Of a stretch of 64,000 bases of DNA, positions 17,493 to 27,136 are shown in pieces. Origin of the DNA: Chloroflexota bacterium. Its GTDB lineage: Bacteria; Chloroflexota; UBA11872; VXOZ01. The stretch is taken from assembly GCA_965221905.1 (NCBI GenBank), contig OZ244922.1, forward strand, positions 3,008,001 through 3,072,000, written 5' to 3'. How positions within the stretch are numbered: the stretch's first letter is position 1; every line of letters begins with the position of its first letter. The notes under the pieces were generated by a model. The model did no database searches. It saw nothing but the letters and a program-made list of their open reading frames with translations, and was not told the origin of the DNA. The translations under genes and the position numbers were made by a program.

Positions 17493-19190
17493 GTGTCGCG
17501 GGTGGTGTTGTACAACAAGTGGCGGCCGCAGACGTTCGCCGACGTGGTCGGCCAGGAGCCTACGGTACGCACGCTGCAGAACTCCCTGGCAACGGGGCAG
17601 GTAGCGCACGCCTACATCTTCGCCGGGCCGCGCGGGTCGGGCAAGACCTCGCTGGCGCGCATCCTGGCAAAATCCCTCAACTGCCTGCAGGGCGTTCAAC
17701 CCGAGCCGTGCAGCAAGTGCGACGCGTGCACGGACATCGTGGAAGGCCGCTTTCTCGACCTCGTTGAACTCGACGCCGCCTCAAACCGTGGCATCGAGGA
17801 CATTCGCAGCCTGCGCGAGCGCGTAAACTTCGCGCCGGTGAGCGGCCGCTACAAATTTTACCTCATCGACGAGGTGCACCAACTCACGCCGGAAGCGTCC
17901 AATGCGCTCCTTAAGACGCTGGAAGAGCCGCCGGAACACGCCGTATTCGTGCTGGCAACTACCGAAATCCACCGGGTGCTGCCCACCATCCTGTCGCGGT
18001 GCCAGCGGTTCGACTTCCGACGCATTCCCGTGCGGGCGCTGGTGGGCCGCTTGCAGGAGATTGCCGCAGCGGAGAAGGTGAGCGCGGAAACGGAAGCGCT
18101 GAACATCCTGGCGCGCATGGCCGGCGGCAGCGCCCGCGACGCCGTGAGCCTCTTCGACCAGGCCGTCATCTACGCCGCCGGTGACGTGACCGCCGCGAAA
18201 GTGCGCGAGATGTTGGGATTGGCGCACACGGCGGTCGTGGCTGAATTCGTCGATACGCTGGCCCGCCGCGATACTAAGGAAGGCCTGCGCGTCCTCGCCC
18301 AAGCCGCCGACCAGGGCCTGGACATGCGGCAGTTCGCGCGCGAAACCATCCGCTACCTGCGCGGCACGCTCCTCCACAAGAGCGGCATGGAGGCTGCCGA
18401 ACTCCTCGAAATGAGCGAGGAAGAAGCCACGCTCATGGATGGCCTGGCCGGGCGGATTTCGCTCTCCGAAATCGTGCAGGCCATTCGCCTCTTCTCAGAA
18501 GCCGAACAGTCGCTGCGCTTAGGAGTCTTTCCACAGCTACCTATCGAGCTGGCATTGGTGGAGTTCTGCACCAATGCTGGAACCCAAGGCACAGCAGCGG
18601 CTCCGGCACCAGCCGCCCGGCAAGCGACTGCGGCACCCCGCCAGCAAGCGGCAAGAGCGGCGCCTCCGCCAAGCAAAACCGCTGTAGAGAGCCCAGCGGC
18701 AGAGAGCCCCAGCACAACGGACTCCGTTCCTAGAACGAGCGGCACGCCCGCTGAAACTCGACCCGATGCATCGCCAGCGGACGGACCGCCGCCAGCCGCA
18801 AGCTTGGATGACTCGCCGCTGGCAGAGATCCAGCAGCGTTGGGATGCCGTGGTCGACTCTTTCCGCAGACCGAACGTGCATTTGCGCGGCGTGCTGCGCG
18901 ATTGCACACCGAAGTCCGTGCGCGACCGATTGTTGACGCTGGAGTTTGCCCACGGCTGGCACCGCGACCAGGTGCGCCAGCCAGACAATCTCATTCTCGT
19001 GGAGAAAGCCATCGCGCAAACCATCGGCCGCCATTTCTCCATTGAGTGCACGCTGGCGCCAAAAGAATCATTGGAAAGTCTCTACGAGAAAGACCCTGCG
19101 CAGGATCCGGTAGTGCGCAAGGCTCAGCAGCTCTTTCCAGGTACCACCACCTATGAAAACTCCGATGAGGATACGCCCCCTTCCGCATAA
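17493..19190 (+). CDS. dnaX: DNA polymerase III subunit gamma/tau
   Basis: KWRPQTFADVVGQ, GPRGSGKTS, zinc module cysteines, IDEVH, LLKTLEEPP and SRC, followed by an Ala/Pro-rich linker. Confidence 0.97.
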   Translation: MSRVVLYNKWRPQTFADVVGQEPTVRTLQNSLATGQVAHAYIFAGPRGSGKTSLARILAKSLNCLQGVQPEPCSKCDACTDIVEGRFLDLVELDAASNRGIEDIRSLRERVNFAPVSGRYKFYLIDEVHQLTPEASNALLKTLEEPPEHAVFVLATTEIHRVLPTILSRCQRFDFRRIPVRALVGRLQEIAAAEKVSAETEALNILARMAGGSARDAVSLFDQAVIYAAGDVTAAKVREMLGLAHTAVVAEFVDTLARRDTKEGLRVLAQAADQGLDMRQFARETIRYLRGTLLHKSGMEAAELLEMSEEEATLMDGLAGRISLSEIVQAIRLFSEAEQSLRLGVFPQLPIELALVEFCTNAGTQGTAAAPAPAARQATAAPRQQAARAAPPPSKTAVESPAAESPSTTDSVPRTSGTPAETRPDASPADGPPPAASLDDSPLAEIQQRWDAVVDSFRRPNVHLRGVLRDCTPKSVRDRLLTLEFAHGWHRDQVRQPDNLILVEKAIAQTIGRHFSIECTLAPKESLESLYEKDPAQDPVVRKAQQLFPGTTTYENSDEDTPPSA

Positions 19191-19410
19191 CGATTCTCAA
19201 AGAGATGGGCCGACGGACGTGACGGGGAGCCTGCAACGGGGCGGCTCTCGTTCAAGACCCGCATGGGCAAGTGCATTGCCTCTTGGAAAAGAGCGCCGAA
19301 GTCGATGCAATGGTACATTAAACAGGTAAAATTGCAGAATTAGCGGCCCGGCGCAAATGGGTTCGCGGCCGGGCGGTGTGCGGCGGCATAGTGCAAAGGA
19401 GATCTGAACC

Positions 19411-20712
19411 ATGGCTCTAGATATATTCGAGCGGGGAAAACTCCCGCGTTGGGTACGGGTACGGCAGAATCTCGTTACTGCCACTATCGATGACGTGGCC
19501 GCTGCCGTTGCCAGTGAGTTTGCACGACCGGAGATTCGCAAGACCATACAACCGGGACAACGTGTGGCGCTTACCGGCGGCAGCCGCGGCATCGACCGCA
19601 TCGATCTGGTGCTGAAGGCGGCGGCACAGGAAGTAAAGCGTCTTGGCGCAGAACCCTTCATCGTGCCCGCCATGGGCAGCCACGGCGGCGCAACGGCAGA
19701 GGGCCAGCTTGAGATACTCGCCCATTACGGCGTAACCGAAGAGGCCATGGGCTGCCCAATTCGCTCCAGCATGGACACCGTCCTGCTCGGCCACGTTGAA
19801 GGCGGCGTGCCGGTCTGGTTCGATAAGACGGCCTACAGTGAAGCAGACATCACCATTCCCATCAATCGCGTCAAGCCCCATACCGACTTTCACGGGCCCA
19901 TCGAGTCCGGGTTGATGAAGTTGCTCGCGATCGGCCTTGGCAAGCAGAAGGGCGCCGATACGTTCCACGGCCGCAGTTTTGCAGAATTCCCCACACTCAT
20001 ACCCGCAGTCGGCCGCTTCACGCTGCAGCATGTGCCAATTCCCTTCGGCCTGGCCTTGGTGGAAGACGGCCACTCCCGCCTTTCGCTGGTGGAGGCCGTG
20101 CCGGCCGACAGTGTCTGGGAGAGAGAGCAGGAGTTGCTCAAGATTGCCCGTGACCGTATGGCCCGCCTGCCTGGAGAAAAGATCGACGTGCTGATCGTTG
20201 ACCAGCTCGGCAAGGACATCAGCGGCATCGGCGCGGATACCAACGTCATCAACCGGTACTGGCACGGTCCGCTGCCGCAGCCTCCCCACATTCAGCGCGT
20301 CGTCATGCGCGATTTGACGAAAGATACGGAAGGCAACGCCTGCGGAATCGGTCTGGGTGACGTGGTTCTAAAGCAGATTGTGGACAAGCTGGACCCAGTG
20401 CAGACGTATATGAACTGCGTCACCGCCAAGGGGCCGGAAGGCGCGCGGATCCCGCTCACGGTCGCCAACGACCGCGAAGCGATATTCGTGGCGCTGGCCT
20501 GTTGCTTGCAGACCGAGAACGAGACCGCCCGCATCATGCGCATTCAAGATACAAAGCACCTCGAGGATCTCTGGGTCTCCGAGCCGCTGCTGCCACAGAT
20601 GGAAGCTACCGGGCGCGTGCACCGCGTAGGCGAGGCGGAAGAAATAGCCTTCGACGCGCAGGGCATGTTCACACAGGCTACACGGAATGGCGCTGCCGTC
20701 GCTGCTTCATGA
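19411..20712 (+). CDS. Lactate racemase (LarA-like/DUF2088) domain protein
   Basis: GSRGI, PAMGSHGGATAEGQ, NRVKPHT, GLGKQKGA and GKDISG.GAD motifs. Confidence 0.75.
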   Translation: MALDIFERGKLPRWVRVRQNLVTATIDDVAAAVASEFARPEIRKTIQPGQRVALTGGSRGIDRIDLVLKAAAQEVKRLGAEPFIVPAMGSHGGATAEGQLEILAHYGVTEEAMGCPIRSSMDTVLLGHVEGGVPVWFDKTAYSEADITIPINRVKPHTDFHGPIESGLMKLLAIGLGKQKGADTFHGRSFAEFPTLIPAVGRFTLQHVPIPFGLALVEDGHSRLSLVEAVPADSVWEREQELLKIARDRMARLPGEKIDVLIVDQLGKDISGIGADTNVINRYWHGPLPQPPHIQRVVMRDLTKDTEGNACGIGLGDVVLKQIVDKLDPVQTYMNCVTAKGPEGARIPLTVANDREAIFVALACCLQTENETARIMRIQDTKHLEDLWVSEPLLPQMEATGRVHRVGEAEEIAFDAQGMFTQATRNGAAVAAS

Positions 20713-20743
20713 ACGAGTATCTAGTGTGGAAGAGCTTAAGGGA

Positions 20744-21070
20744 ATGGCAGTCAAAAGCAAGAACTCTCGCGGAACTGCACGGCGTGCATTCTCCCAAGAA
20801 GCTGCTGAACTCTATGAGAAATTCGCTCTACCGCTAGAAGCCGAGCATGAAGGAGAATTCGTTGCTATCTCCAAGCTAGGACAGGTCGTGCGTGCACCCA
20901 CGTTGCAGCAAGTACTAGACCTTTCCCTAAGAGTGCTCGGCAGGGGGAGCTTTGTCTTTCGGCTGGGTGCAGACCGCGCTGTCGTCAAATTCAGAGAAAC
21001 AGACCTCTATTGCAGCCACCGTGAAAAGCAAACGCCCACCCATACATCCAGATTCACGCCCACTAGTTGA
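20744..21070 (+). CDS. Small hypothetical protein (DUF5678-like)
   Basis: LYEKFALPLEAEHEGEFVAIS..G pattern recalled for small Chloroflexi proteins; AAGGGA RBS. The C-terminal tail looks aberrant. Confidence 0.55.
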   Translation: MAVKSKNSRGTARRAFSQEAAELYEKFALPLEAEHEGEFVAISKLGQVVRAPTLQQVLDLSLRVLGRGSFVFRLGADRAVVKFRETDLYCSHREKQTPTHTSRFTPTS

Positions 21071-21105
21071 GCGCAAGCTTCAATGCTGCCAGGAAGGAAC
21101 TCTAC

Positions 21106-21861
21106 ATGCTCGATGCATTTGATCTCACCGGCAGGACCGTTATCGTCACCGGCGCGAGCCGCGGCATCGGTCGCACCACGGCAGAAGTGCTCGCGGCTGC
21201 GGGCGCCAATGTCGTTGCCGTGGCGCGCACCGAGTCGGCGCTCCATTCTCTCGTGCAGGACATCGCGGGCTCCGGCGGCAAAGCGCTGGCGGTGCGCGCC
21301 GACGCGAACGTGCCGGAAGACACGGAGATGCTGGTAGAACGCACCATGGATGCCTTTGGCGCGGTGGACGTGCTTGTGAACAACGCCGGTGAATCAGGCA
21401 GGCACGGCGCTATGAAAGAGACTTCCGCAGCGGATTGGGACGACCTGCTGGAGAACAACCTGCGCAGTGCATTCCTGTGCGCAAAAGCCGTCTTTCCCAT
21501 TATGGAACAGCAGCAGCGCGGCAATGTCGTCAACATGGCGAGCATCAGCGGCCAAAACGGCGGCCAAAGCGCGCGTGTGCATTACGCGGCGTCAAAAGGC
21601 GGCATGATCGCGTTCACCAAGGCGCTCGCCCGGCAGATGGCCCCCTGGGGCCGCGCTAACAATATTGCGCCCGGCCAGATAGACACCGGCTTCGCTCGTA
21701 TTCCGGAAGACCGCTTGCGTGCTGTGCTCGACCGCACGCCGCTGCAACGCCTCGCCAAATCGGAAGATATCGCCTATGGAGTGCTCTATCTCGCCAGTGA
21801 CGCTTCATCGTTCGTCACCGGTCATACGCTCGCCATAAACGGTGGGATACTTATGGATTAG
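21106..21861 (+). CDS. Short-chain dehydrogenase/reductase (FabG-like)
   Basis: TGASRGIG, NNAG and YAASKGG. Confidence 0.92.
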   Translation: MLDAFDLTGRTVIVTGASRGIGRTTAEVLAAAGANVVAVARTESALHSLVQDIAGSGGKALAVRADANVPEDTEMLVERTMDAFGAVDVLVNNAGESGRHGAMKETSAADWDDLLENNLRSAFLCAKAVFPIMEQQQRGNVVNMASISGQNGGQSARVHYAASKGGMIAFTKALARQMAPWGRANNIAPGQIDTGFARIPEDRLRAVLDRTPLQRLAKSEDIAYGVLYLASDASSFVTGHTLAINGGILMD

Positions 21862-21961
21862 GTGAGAAGCAGCACGATAACGCATTATGTAGATAGCAGA
21901 GTACAAAGCCCTGACAAGAGGTGCAGAAGCCTTCAGCAGCATAGCAGGAATGTAGAAAACA

Positions 21962-23377
21962 ATGGCCGCAAAAACCACGAGTGCCGCACTGCACAGTCCG
22001 CCTGGGCCGCGAAGTTTCTTGGGCATACGAACTTCGCGAACACTGAAGCGCGACCCTCTGAAGATAATACAAGACTTCCATCGCGCCTATGGAGAGATCG
22101 TTCATTATTCCCTGCTTTCTGCCCCAATCTACTTTCTCTCACACCCTGACCACGTCAGTTACGTACTCCACAAGAACGAGCGCAACTATGGGCGCAGCCG
22201 CGATCATGTAGCGCTCAAGCGGGTCCTTGGCAATGGCTTACTGACCAATGACGGCGCGTCGTGGCTCAAGCAACGCCGTCTAATTCAGCCGGGCTTCCAC
22301 CGCAGCCGCATCGTCCACTTCGGCGAGATTATGACTGAAGAAACGGAGAAGATGCTAGAAAAGTGGAAGACCGAGGCGCCTAGCGGGGAACCGCTTGACG
22401 TCAGCAGCGAAATGATGCGCCTGACTCTCGCCATCATAAGCCGCACGATGTTCGGCGCCACAGTGTCACGTGATGCTGTGCAGCTCGAGCCAGCCATCAC
22501 GCTGGCGCAAGAAGAGGCTCGTAAACGTATGTACACGCTGGTTGACTTACCAGAGTGGGTTCCCTTGCCGGGGATTCGCCGCGCGGTCTTGGCGCGGCAG
22601 ACCATCGAACGGGTTGTGATGAGGATTATCGATGAGAGGCGTCAGACGAACGCGCTGGATCAGGATGATCTGCTCTCCATGTTACTCAACGCCAGGGATG
22701 CCGATAGCGGCGAGCCAATGGACGACAATCAACTGCGCGATGAGGTGCGTACTATCTTTCTCGCCGGACACGAAACAACGGCAAACGCGCTCACGTGGAC
22801 GTGGTATTTGCTCGCGCGCAATCCTGCCGCTGCCAAGAAGCTGCGGGCAGAACTCGCCCACGTCCTGTGTGGTCGCTTACCCACCGTTGCCGACCTCCCG
22901 CAGCTTCCCTACACGAAGATGGTCGTTGAAGAGTCAATGCGCCTCCTGCCACCGGTCTGGGCCTTGTCGCGTAAAGCTATAGCTGATGATGAGATTGGCG
23001 GGTACCGCATACGGTCAGGCGGCACAGTAATCGTCAGCCAGTTCATCACACATCGGCACCCCGATTTCTGGGAGGACCCCGAGTCCTTCGACCCGGAGCG
23101 CTTTGCGCCGGAACGTGTGAAAGAGCGCCACCGCTTCGCTTATTTTCCCTTTGGCGGTGGGCAGCGAATCTGCATCGGCAGGAGTTTTGCGATTATCGAA
23201 GCGCAACTGATACTCGCCACGATTGCCCAGCAGTACGAGTTGGACCTTGTACCCGATCACCCGATCGAAATGGAGCCTCTCGTCACCCTACGTCCCAAAT
23301 TCGGGATGATGATGACGCTCAATCCGTGCGCATCGATCGACGAGCGGAAGACCGGCCACGCGCAACGCACTGCGTGA
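21962..23377 (+). CDS. Cytochrome P450
   Basis: AGHETT, ESMR, FDPERF and heme ligand FGGGQRICIG. Confidence 0.96.
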   Translation: MAAKTTSAALHSPPGPRSFLGIRTSRTLKRDPLKIIQDFHRAYGEIVHYSLLSAPIYFLSHPDHVSYVLHKNERNYGRSRDHVALKRVLGNGLLTNDGASWLKQRRLIQPGFHRSRIVHFGEIMTEETEKMLEKWKTEAPSGEPLDVSSEMMRLTLAIISRTMFGATVSRDAVQLEPAITLAQEEARKRMYTLVDLPEWVPLPGIRRAVLARQTIERVVMRIIDERRQTNALDQDDLLSMLLNARDADSGEPMDDNQLRDEVRTIFLAGHETTANALTWTWYLLARNPAAAKKLRAELAHVLCGRLPTVADLPQLPYTKMVVEESMRLLPPVWALSRKAIADDEIGGYRIRSGGTVIVSQFITHRHPDFWEDPESFDPERFAPERVKERHRFAYFPFGGGQRICIGRSFAIIEAQLILATIAQQYELDLVPDHPIEMEPLVTLRPKFGMMMTLNPCASIDERKTGHAQRTA

Positions 23378-23402
23378 TCTCCTTTACGCTCACCGCACCA
23401 CT

Positions 23403-24062
23403 ATGGCAGCCCTCGAATCGTTCGCATTCGTATTCGCCGCGTCGTTCTCCATCGGCCTCTCCGGCGCAATGTCGCCGGGCCCGCTGACCGTATTCGTGAT
23501 GGGGCAAAGTGCCCGCTACGGAGTACTGGCCGGTCCATTGGCAGCGCTGGGGCACGGGTTGCTGGAATTCGCGCTCGTTGTGCTGCTGTGGCTCGGACTC
23601 GCCCGCGTTCTTCAGTGGGAACCGGTGCTTGCTGCTATCGGCGTGGTCGGCGGCCTCGTAATGATTTGGATGGGCTGGAAACTCGTTAGCGATGTACGGC
23701 GCCAAGGCGCAAGACTGGCCGCATCTGCTTCCGACCGGCACGCAGATAACCCTTTGGTCGGCGGAGCCTTGCTCAGCCTCGCGAACCCTTATTGGTCGTT
23801 CTGGTGGGCTACCGTGGGCATTTCCACGATGACAACGCTTGCCTTACCGCGCGGCATACTCGGTCTCGCTGCCTTCACCATCGGCCACGTTGCCAGCGAT
23901 TTCTTCTGGTTTACTTTGGTTGCCATCGTCTTCGCTACCGGGAGACGTTTCATCACGGACCGCGTGTACCAAACGGCGCTCTACCTCTTCGGCATTGTGC
24001 TGGCGCTCTTTGGGCTCTACTTCATCTGGTACGGGGGTACGGCACTGTTCGCCCTTCTCTAG
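23403..24062 (+). CDS. LysE family translocator
   Basis: GLSGAMSPGP, GHGLLE, ANPYW..WW and about six hydrophobic helices. Confidence 0.88.
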   Translation: MAALESFAFVFAASFSIGLSGAMSPGPLTVFVMGQSARYGVLAGPLAALGHGLLEFALVVLLWLGLARVLQWEPVLAAIGVVGGLVMIWMGWKLVSDVRRQGARLAASASDRHADNPLVGGALLSLANPYWSFWWATVGISTMTTLALPRGILGLAAFTIGHVASDFFWFTLVAIVFATGRRFITDRVYQTALYLFGIVLALFGLYFIWYGGTALFALL

Positions 24063-24272
24063 ACTCGCCTCGGATATCCGCCTGCTTCAGCGATTAGGGT
24101 CTCAGACGCGTTGGCGCAAAGCAGGCGGCAATACTGACAGCCGTCATCCAGTAGCAATCGCTTGCGAGCTAACCGCTGTCAGCACCTGCTCGCAGGTGGC
24201 CCCATGCCATTGCTGAAGCCAAGTAGCGGGGTTCGTAGAGCGATAAGCCAATAGACGATCTCCAATTTGCGT

Positions 24273-24281
24273 TGCTATAAT
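24273..24281 (+). promoter_or_regulatory. Extended -10 promoter (TGcTATAAT)
   Basis: Perfect TGnTATAAT 7 nt before the candidate ncRNA and tRNA unit. Confidence 0.65.
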
Positions 24282-24288
24282 TGTAATT

Positions 24289-24422
24289 GGCGCACATGCG
24301 GTGAGAACCGATGAGAAGCGTTGCCCGGATGGAGCGACAGGTTTGAGATAGCCGGTGTGCGATGCGAGCCTTCGTCACGCTCCGAGCCGGCAAGCCCAGC
24401 GCGATTGAACCAGAGGTGCGCC
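24289..24422 (+). ncRNA. Candidate rod-like structured RNA (possibly 6S-like)
   Basis: Nested pairings ggcgcac/gtgcgcc, ttgcc/ggcaa, tggagcg/cgctccg and aggtttg/cgagcct around a central bubble. Begins at the expected +1 of a consensus promoter. Confidence 0.45.
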
Positions 24423-24442
24423 GCGTACGGCCCATCCCTCTT

Positions 24443-24518
24443 GCCCCCGTAGCTCAGTGGACAGAGCAACTGCCTTCTAAGTAGTGGGTCGGGTGTTCGA
24501 GTCACCCCGGGGGCGCCA
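24443..24518 (+). tRNA. tRNA-Arg (anticodon TCT)
   Basis: GCCCCCG/CGGGGGC acceptor stem, D arm tagctcagtggacagagc, anticodon loop cTTCTaa, T arm gttcgagtc and encoded CCA. Confidence 0.95.
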
Positions 24519-24536
24519 CTGGTCCGGCATTGTAAC

Positions 24537-25757
24537 TCACCGGCCGGACCCACCGGCAAAGGCTCTCCCTACCCTTGGTTCGCTGGGGATCACCAGCGGC
24601 GCGCGCATGACGGCCTGCATGCCAAACTTCTCACGAATAGTATCCACGGCCCGGTCGCGTTGGCTCAGCCGGTCCTCCGGTTCAAGCCAGAGCGCCAACT
24701 GTCCGCCCTTCGCAGGCATCAAGTCGTGGACTCCTACGCCCACGAGTCTATATCCGTCCGCATTGAGTTGAATGCTCGTGAGGAGGCGCTTTGCTGCGGC
24801 ATAGATAACGTCAGTCGCATCGGTCGGTCGCGCGAGCGTCGTCTGCCGAGAAATCGTTGCAAAGTTGGCTGAGCGTAACTTGAGCGCAACCGTGCGGCCG
24901 CGGAACCCTTTGCTGCGCAGTCGCTTGCCAACTTGCTCGGAGAGCGCCATGAGCATGTGGAGCAGCGACTCTTGCTCGAACACCGTGTGGGGAAACGTCG
25001 ACTCATTACTCACGCTCTTAATCACCCGTTTCGTGACCACGGCGCGCCTGTCGTTGCCGTTCGCCAAGCGGTAGGCGTACAGGCCCCACGCACCGAACGC
25101 CCGCTGCAAAGCCTCGCATGAATACGCTGCCAGTTGGCCGATAGTGAGAATGCCGTAGGCGCGCAGCCGCTCTCCCATTTGCGGGCCCACACCCCACAAC
25201 GCTCCAATCGGCAATGGCGCAAGAAAGGCCCGCTCCTCTCCTTGTGGTACCACAACCAGGCCATCCGGTTTGCCGGTATTCGTCGCCATCTTGGCCACAA
25301 GCTTGGAACTCGCAATGCCGATCGAGATTGTCAGCCCGCACTCAGTGCGGACTCGCTCTCTAATCTCCCTGGCCGCGGGCACCGGGCCGCCTTTCCAGCG
25401 CTCCAAACCGGTCGCATCGAGAAAGGCCTCATCAATTGAGAGCGCCTCCACCGTTGGCGAGAAGTCGCGCAAGATGGCCATCACGCGCGCGGATTCGGCT
25501 TGATACTTGCTATAGCTGCCTTTCACGAAGATGCCCTGCGGGCACAAGCGCCGTGCCTGCGCACCCGGCATTGCCGCGTGGACGCCAAAGGTACGCGCCT
25601 CATAAGACGCCGCCGTGACCACGCCGCGGCCCCCGGCGCCGCCCACCATCACCGGCTTGCCGCGCAACGCGGGATTGTCCCGCTGTTCCACGGCGGCAAA
25701 GAAGGCATCGAGATCGGCGTGGATGATCCAACGCGGCGCCATTGCGTTTCCCTTCAT
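24537..25757 (-). CDS. dinB: DNA polymerase IV
   Basis: HADLDAFFAAVE, SYEAR, SIDEAFLD and KPDG. Confidence 0.95.
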   Translation of the reverse strand: MKGNAMAPRWIIHADLDAFFAAVEQRDNPALRGKPVMVGGAGGRGVVTAASYEARTFGVHAAMPGAQARRLCPQGIFVKGSYSKYQAESARVMAILRDFSPTVEALSIDEAFLDATGLERWKGGPVPAAREIRERVRTECGLTISIGIASSKLVAKMATNTGKPDGLVVVPQGEERAFLAPLPIGALWGVGPQMGERLRAYGILTIGQLAAYSCEALQRAFGAWGLYAYRLANGNDRRAVVTKRVIKSVSNESTFPHTVFEQESLLHMLMALSEQVGKRLRSKGFRGRTVALKLRSANFATISRQTTLARPTDATDVIYAAAKRLLTSIQLNADGYRLVGVGVHDLMPAKGGQLALWLEPEDRLSQRDRAVDTIREKFGMQAVMRAPLVIPSEPRVGRAFAGGSGR

Positions 25758-26038
25758 TCCTCTATCCGGTTATTCCTGCTGCCACGATCTGCATGCGGAG
25801 AAAGGCTTCACAAGAGAGCATTCTTGAAGGGGCGAATAACGCAACTCCACAAGCTATCAAAAGGACTCCACGTCCCAGGAAAACTATTGCAGGACAAGCC
25901 GACGCCCAAGTGGTTCAGCAGCCCCAGTGCCTTCTCTTCTGAAAACGGTTACACTGGGATTGCTGCCCGTAAAGGAGTGTATTCTCCACCAGCGGGCACC
26001 GGAAGAAAGAGCAATTTCACAGGAGCAAATACAGAAAA

Positions 26039-26995
26039 ATGGTGACACTTGGCGACGGCAAGTATACCTACGCCCTATCGGGAACAAACTGGGGCAATCT
26101 CCCGGCAGGTGCGAATTACAAAGAAGCCACGTCGGTTGCGGTAGACTCGCAAGACAACGTATACGTTTTCAATAGGGGTACCCACCCGATGGTCGTCTAC
26201 AACTCTGAGGGCAACGTACTGCACACCTGGGGACACGGCATCTTCGACACGCCGCACGGTGTGGCTGTGGGGTCGGACGACTCCGTCTACTGCATCGATA
26301 GCGGCGACCATACCGTGCGCAAGTTCACGCCGGAGGGCGAATTACTAATGACGCTCGGCACGCCGGGCGAGGCGCCGCCGCCGATGAGCGGCGTGCCCTT
26401 TAATCGCCCGACAACTGTCGCGTTTGAGCCGGGTACAGACGCCTTTTACGTGGCAGACGGCTACAGCAACGCTCACGTGCACAAGTTTTCGGGGGATGGC
26501 GAATTGCTTCACTCCTGGGGCGCGTCCGGCACGGAGCCGGGGCACTTTAATATCGTGCACGATATCTCGGTGGATTCCGCCGGGCGCGTGTACATTGCCG
26601 ACCGCGAGAATCACCGCGTGCAGATCTTCTCGGGAGACGGCACGTACGTAACGCAGTGGGTGAATCTTTCGAAGGCCGCCTGCGTGCTCGCGGACCCGCG
26701 CGGCGAAGACCTCGTCTACGTCGGCGAGTATTTTGGCGGGATTGATTCGAACGCAATGGGCACGGACCTCGGCCCGCGCGTTTCCATTCTGGACACCGCC
26801 GGCAACGTGCTGGCGCGTCTCGGCAGAGAGTCCTACGGCGACGAGCCTGGCCGGTTCTATTCGCCGCACAGCCTCGCCGTCGACTCTAAGGGCGACATCT
26901 ACGTCGCTGAAGTCTCCTGGAGCGAGTACGGCATGAACTTGGACCCGCCCCGCGAGCTGCGGTCGCTGCAAAAGCTGATTCACCAGCCGGTGTGA
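26039..26995 (+). CDS. NHL-repeat beta-propeller protein (peptidyl-alpha-hydroxyglycine lyase-like)
   Basis: Repeated PHGVAV, YVADGYSN, YIADRENHRVQIF and PHSLAVDSKGDIYV units. Confidence 0.88.
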   Translation: MVTLGDGKYTYALSGTNWGNLPAGANYKEATSVAVDSQDNVYVFNRGTHPMVVYNSEGNVLHTWGHGIFDTPHGVAVGSDDSVYCIDSGDHTVRKFTPEGELLMTLGTPGEAPPPMSGVPFNRPTTVAFEPGTDAFYVADGYSNAHVHKFSGDGELLHSWGASGTEPGHFNIVHDISVDSAGRVYIADRENHRVQIFSGDGTYVTQWVNLSKAACVLADPRGEDLVYVGEYFGGIDSNAMGTDLGPRVSILDTAGNVLARLGRESYGDEPGRFYSPHSLAVDSKGDIYVAEVSWSEYGMNLDPPRELRSLQKLIHQPV

Positions 26996-27136
26996 CTCGG
27001 AGCTAAGGTGAGAGATAGCAGAGCAGAAAATCGGAAAGCAAAGAGAGCGGGCAGACCAAGATGGTTTGCCCGCTCTCCAGTTTTCGATGATCGCCCTTGT
27101 CAGCCGGTCAAGCGGCTTCAAGCGCGAGAACCGGAA

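Noticed and set aside
17493-19190. Programmed frameshift in dnaX producing a gamma subunit
   Set aside because: No A-AAA-AAG or long A-run slippery site was seen.
19411-24062. LarA-like, SDR, P450 and LysE genes as a secondary-metabolite cluster
   Set aside because: No scaffold-forming enzyme or precursor peptide is evident; co-orientation alone is insufficient.
24443-25757. tRNA-Arg as an integration site with dinB as island cargo
   Set aside because: No integrase, no duplicated tRNA 3' end, and host-like composition.
25758-26038. LexA box upstream of dinB (also checked upstream of dnaE)
   Set aside because: No convincing GAAC-N4-GTTC match found by eye.
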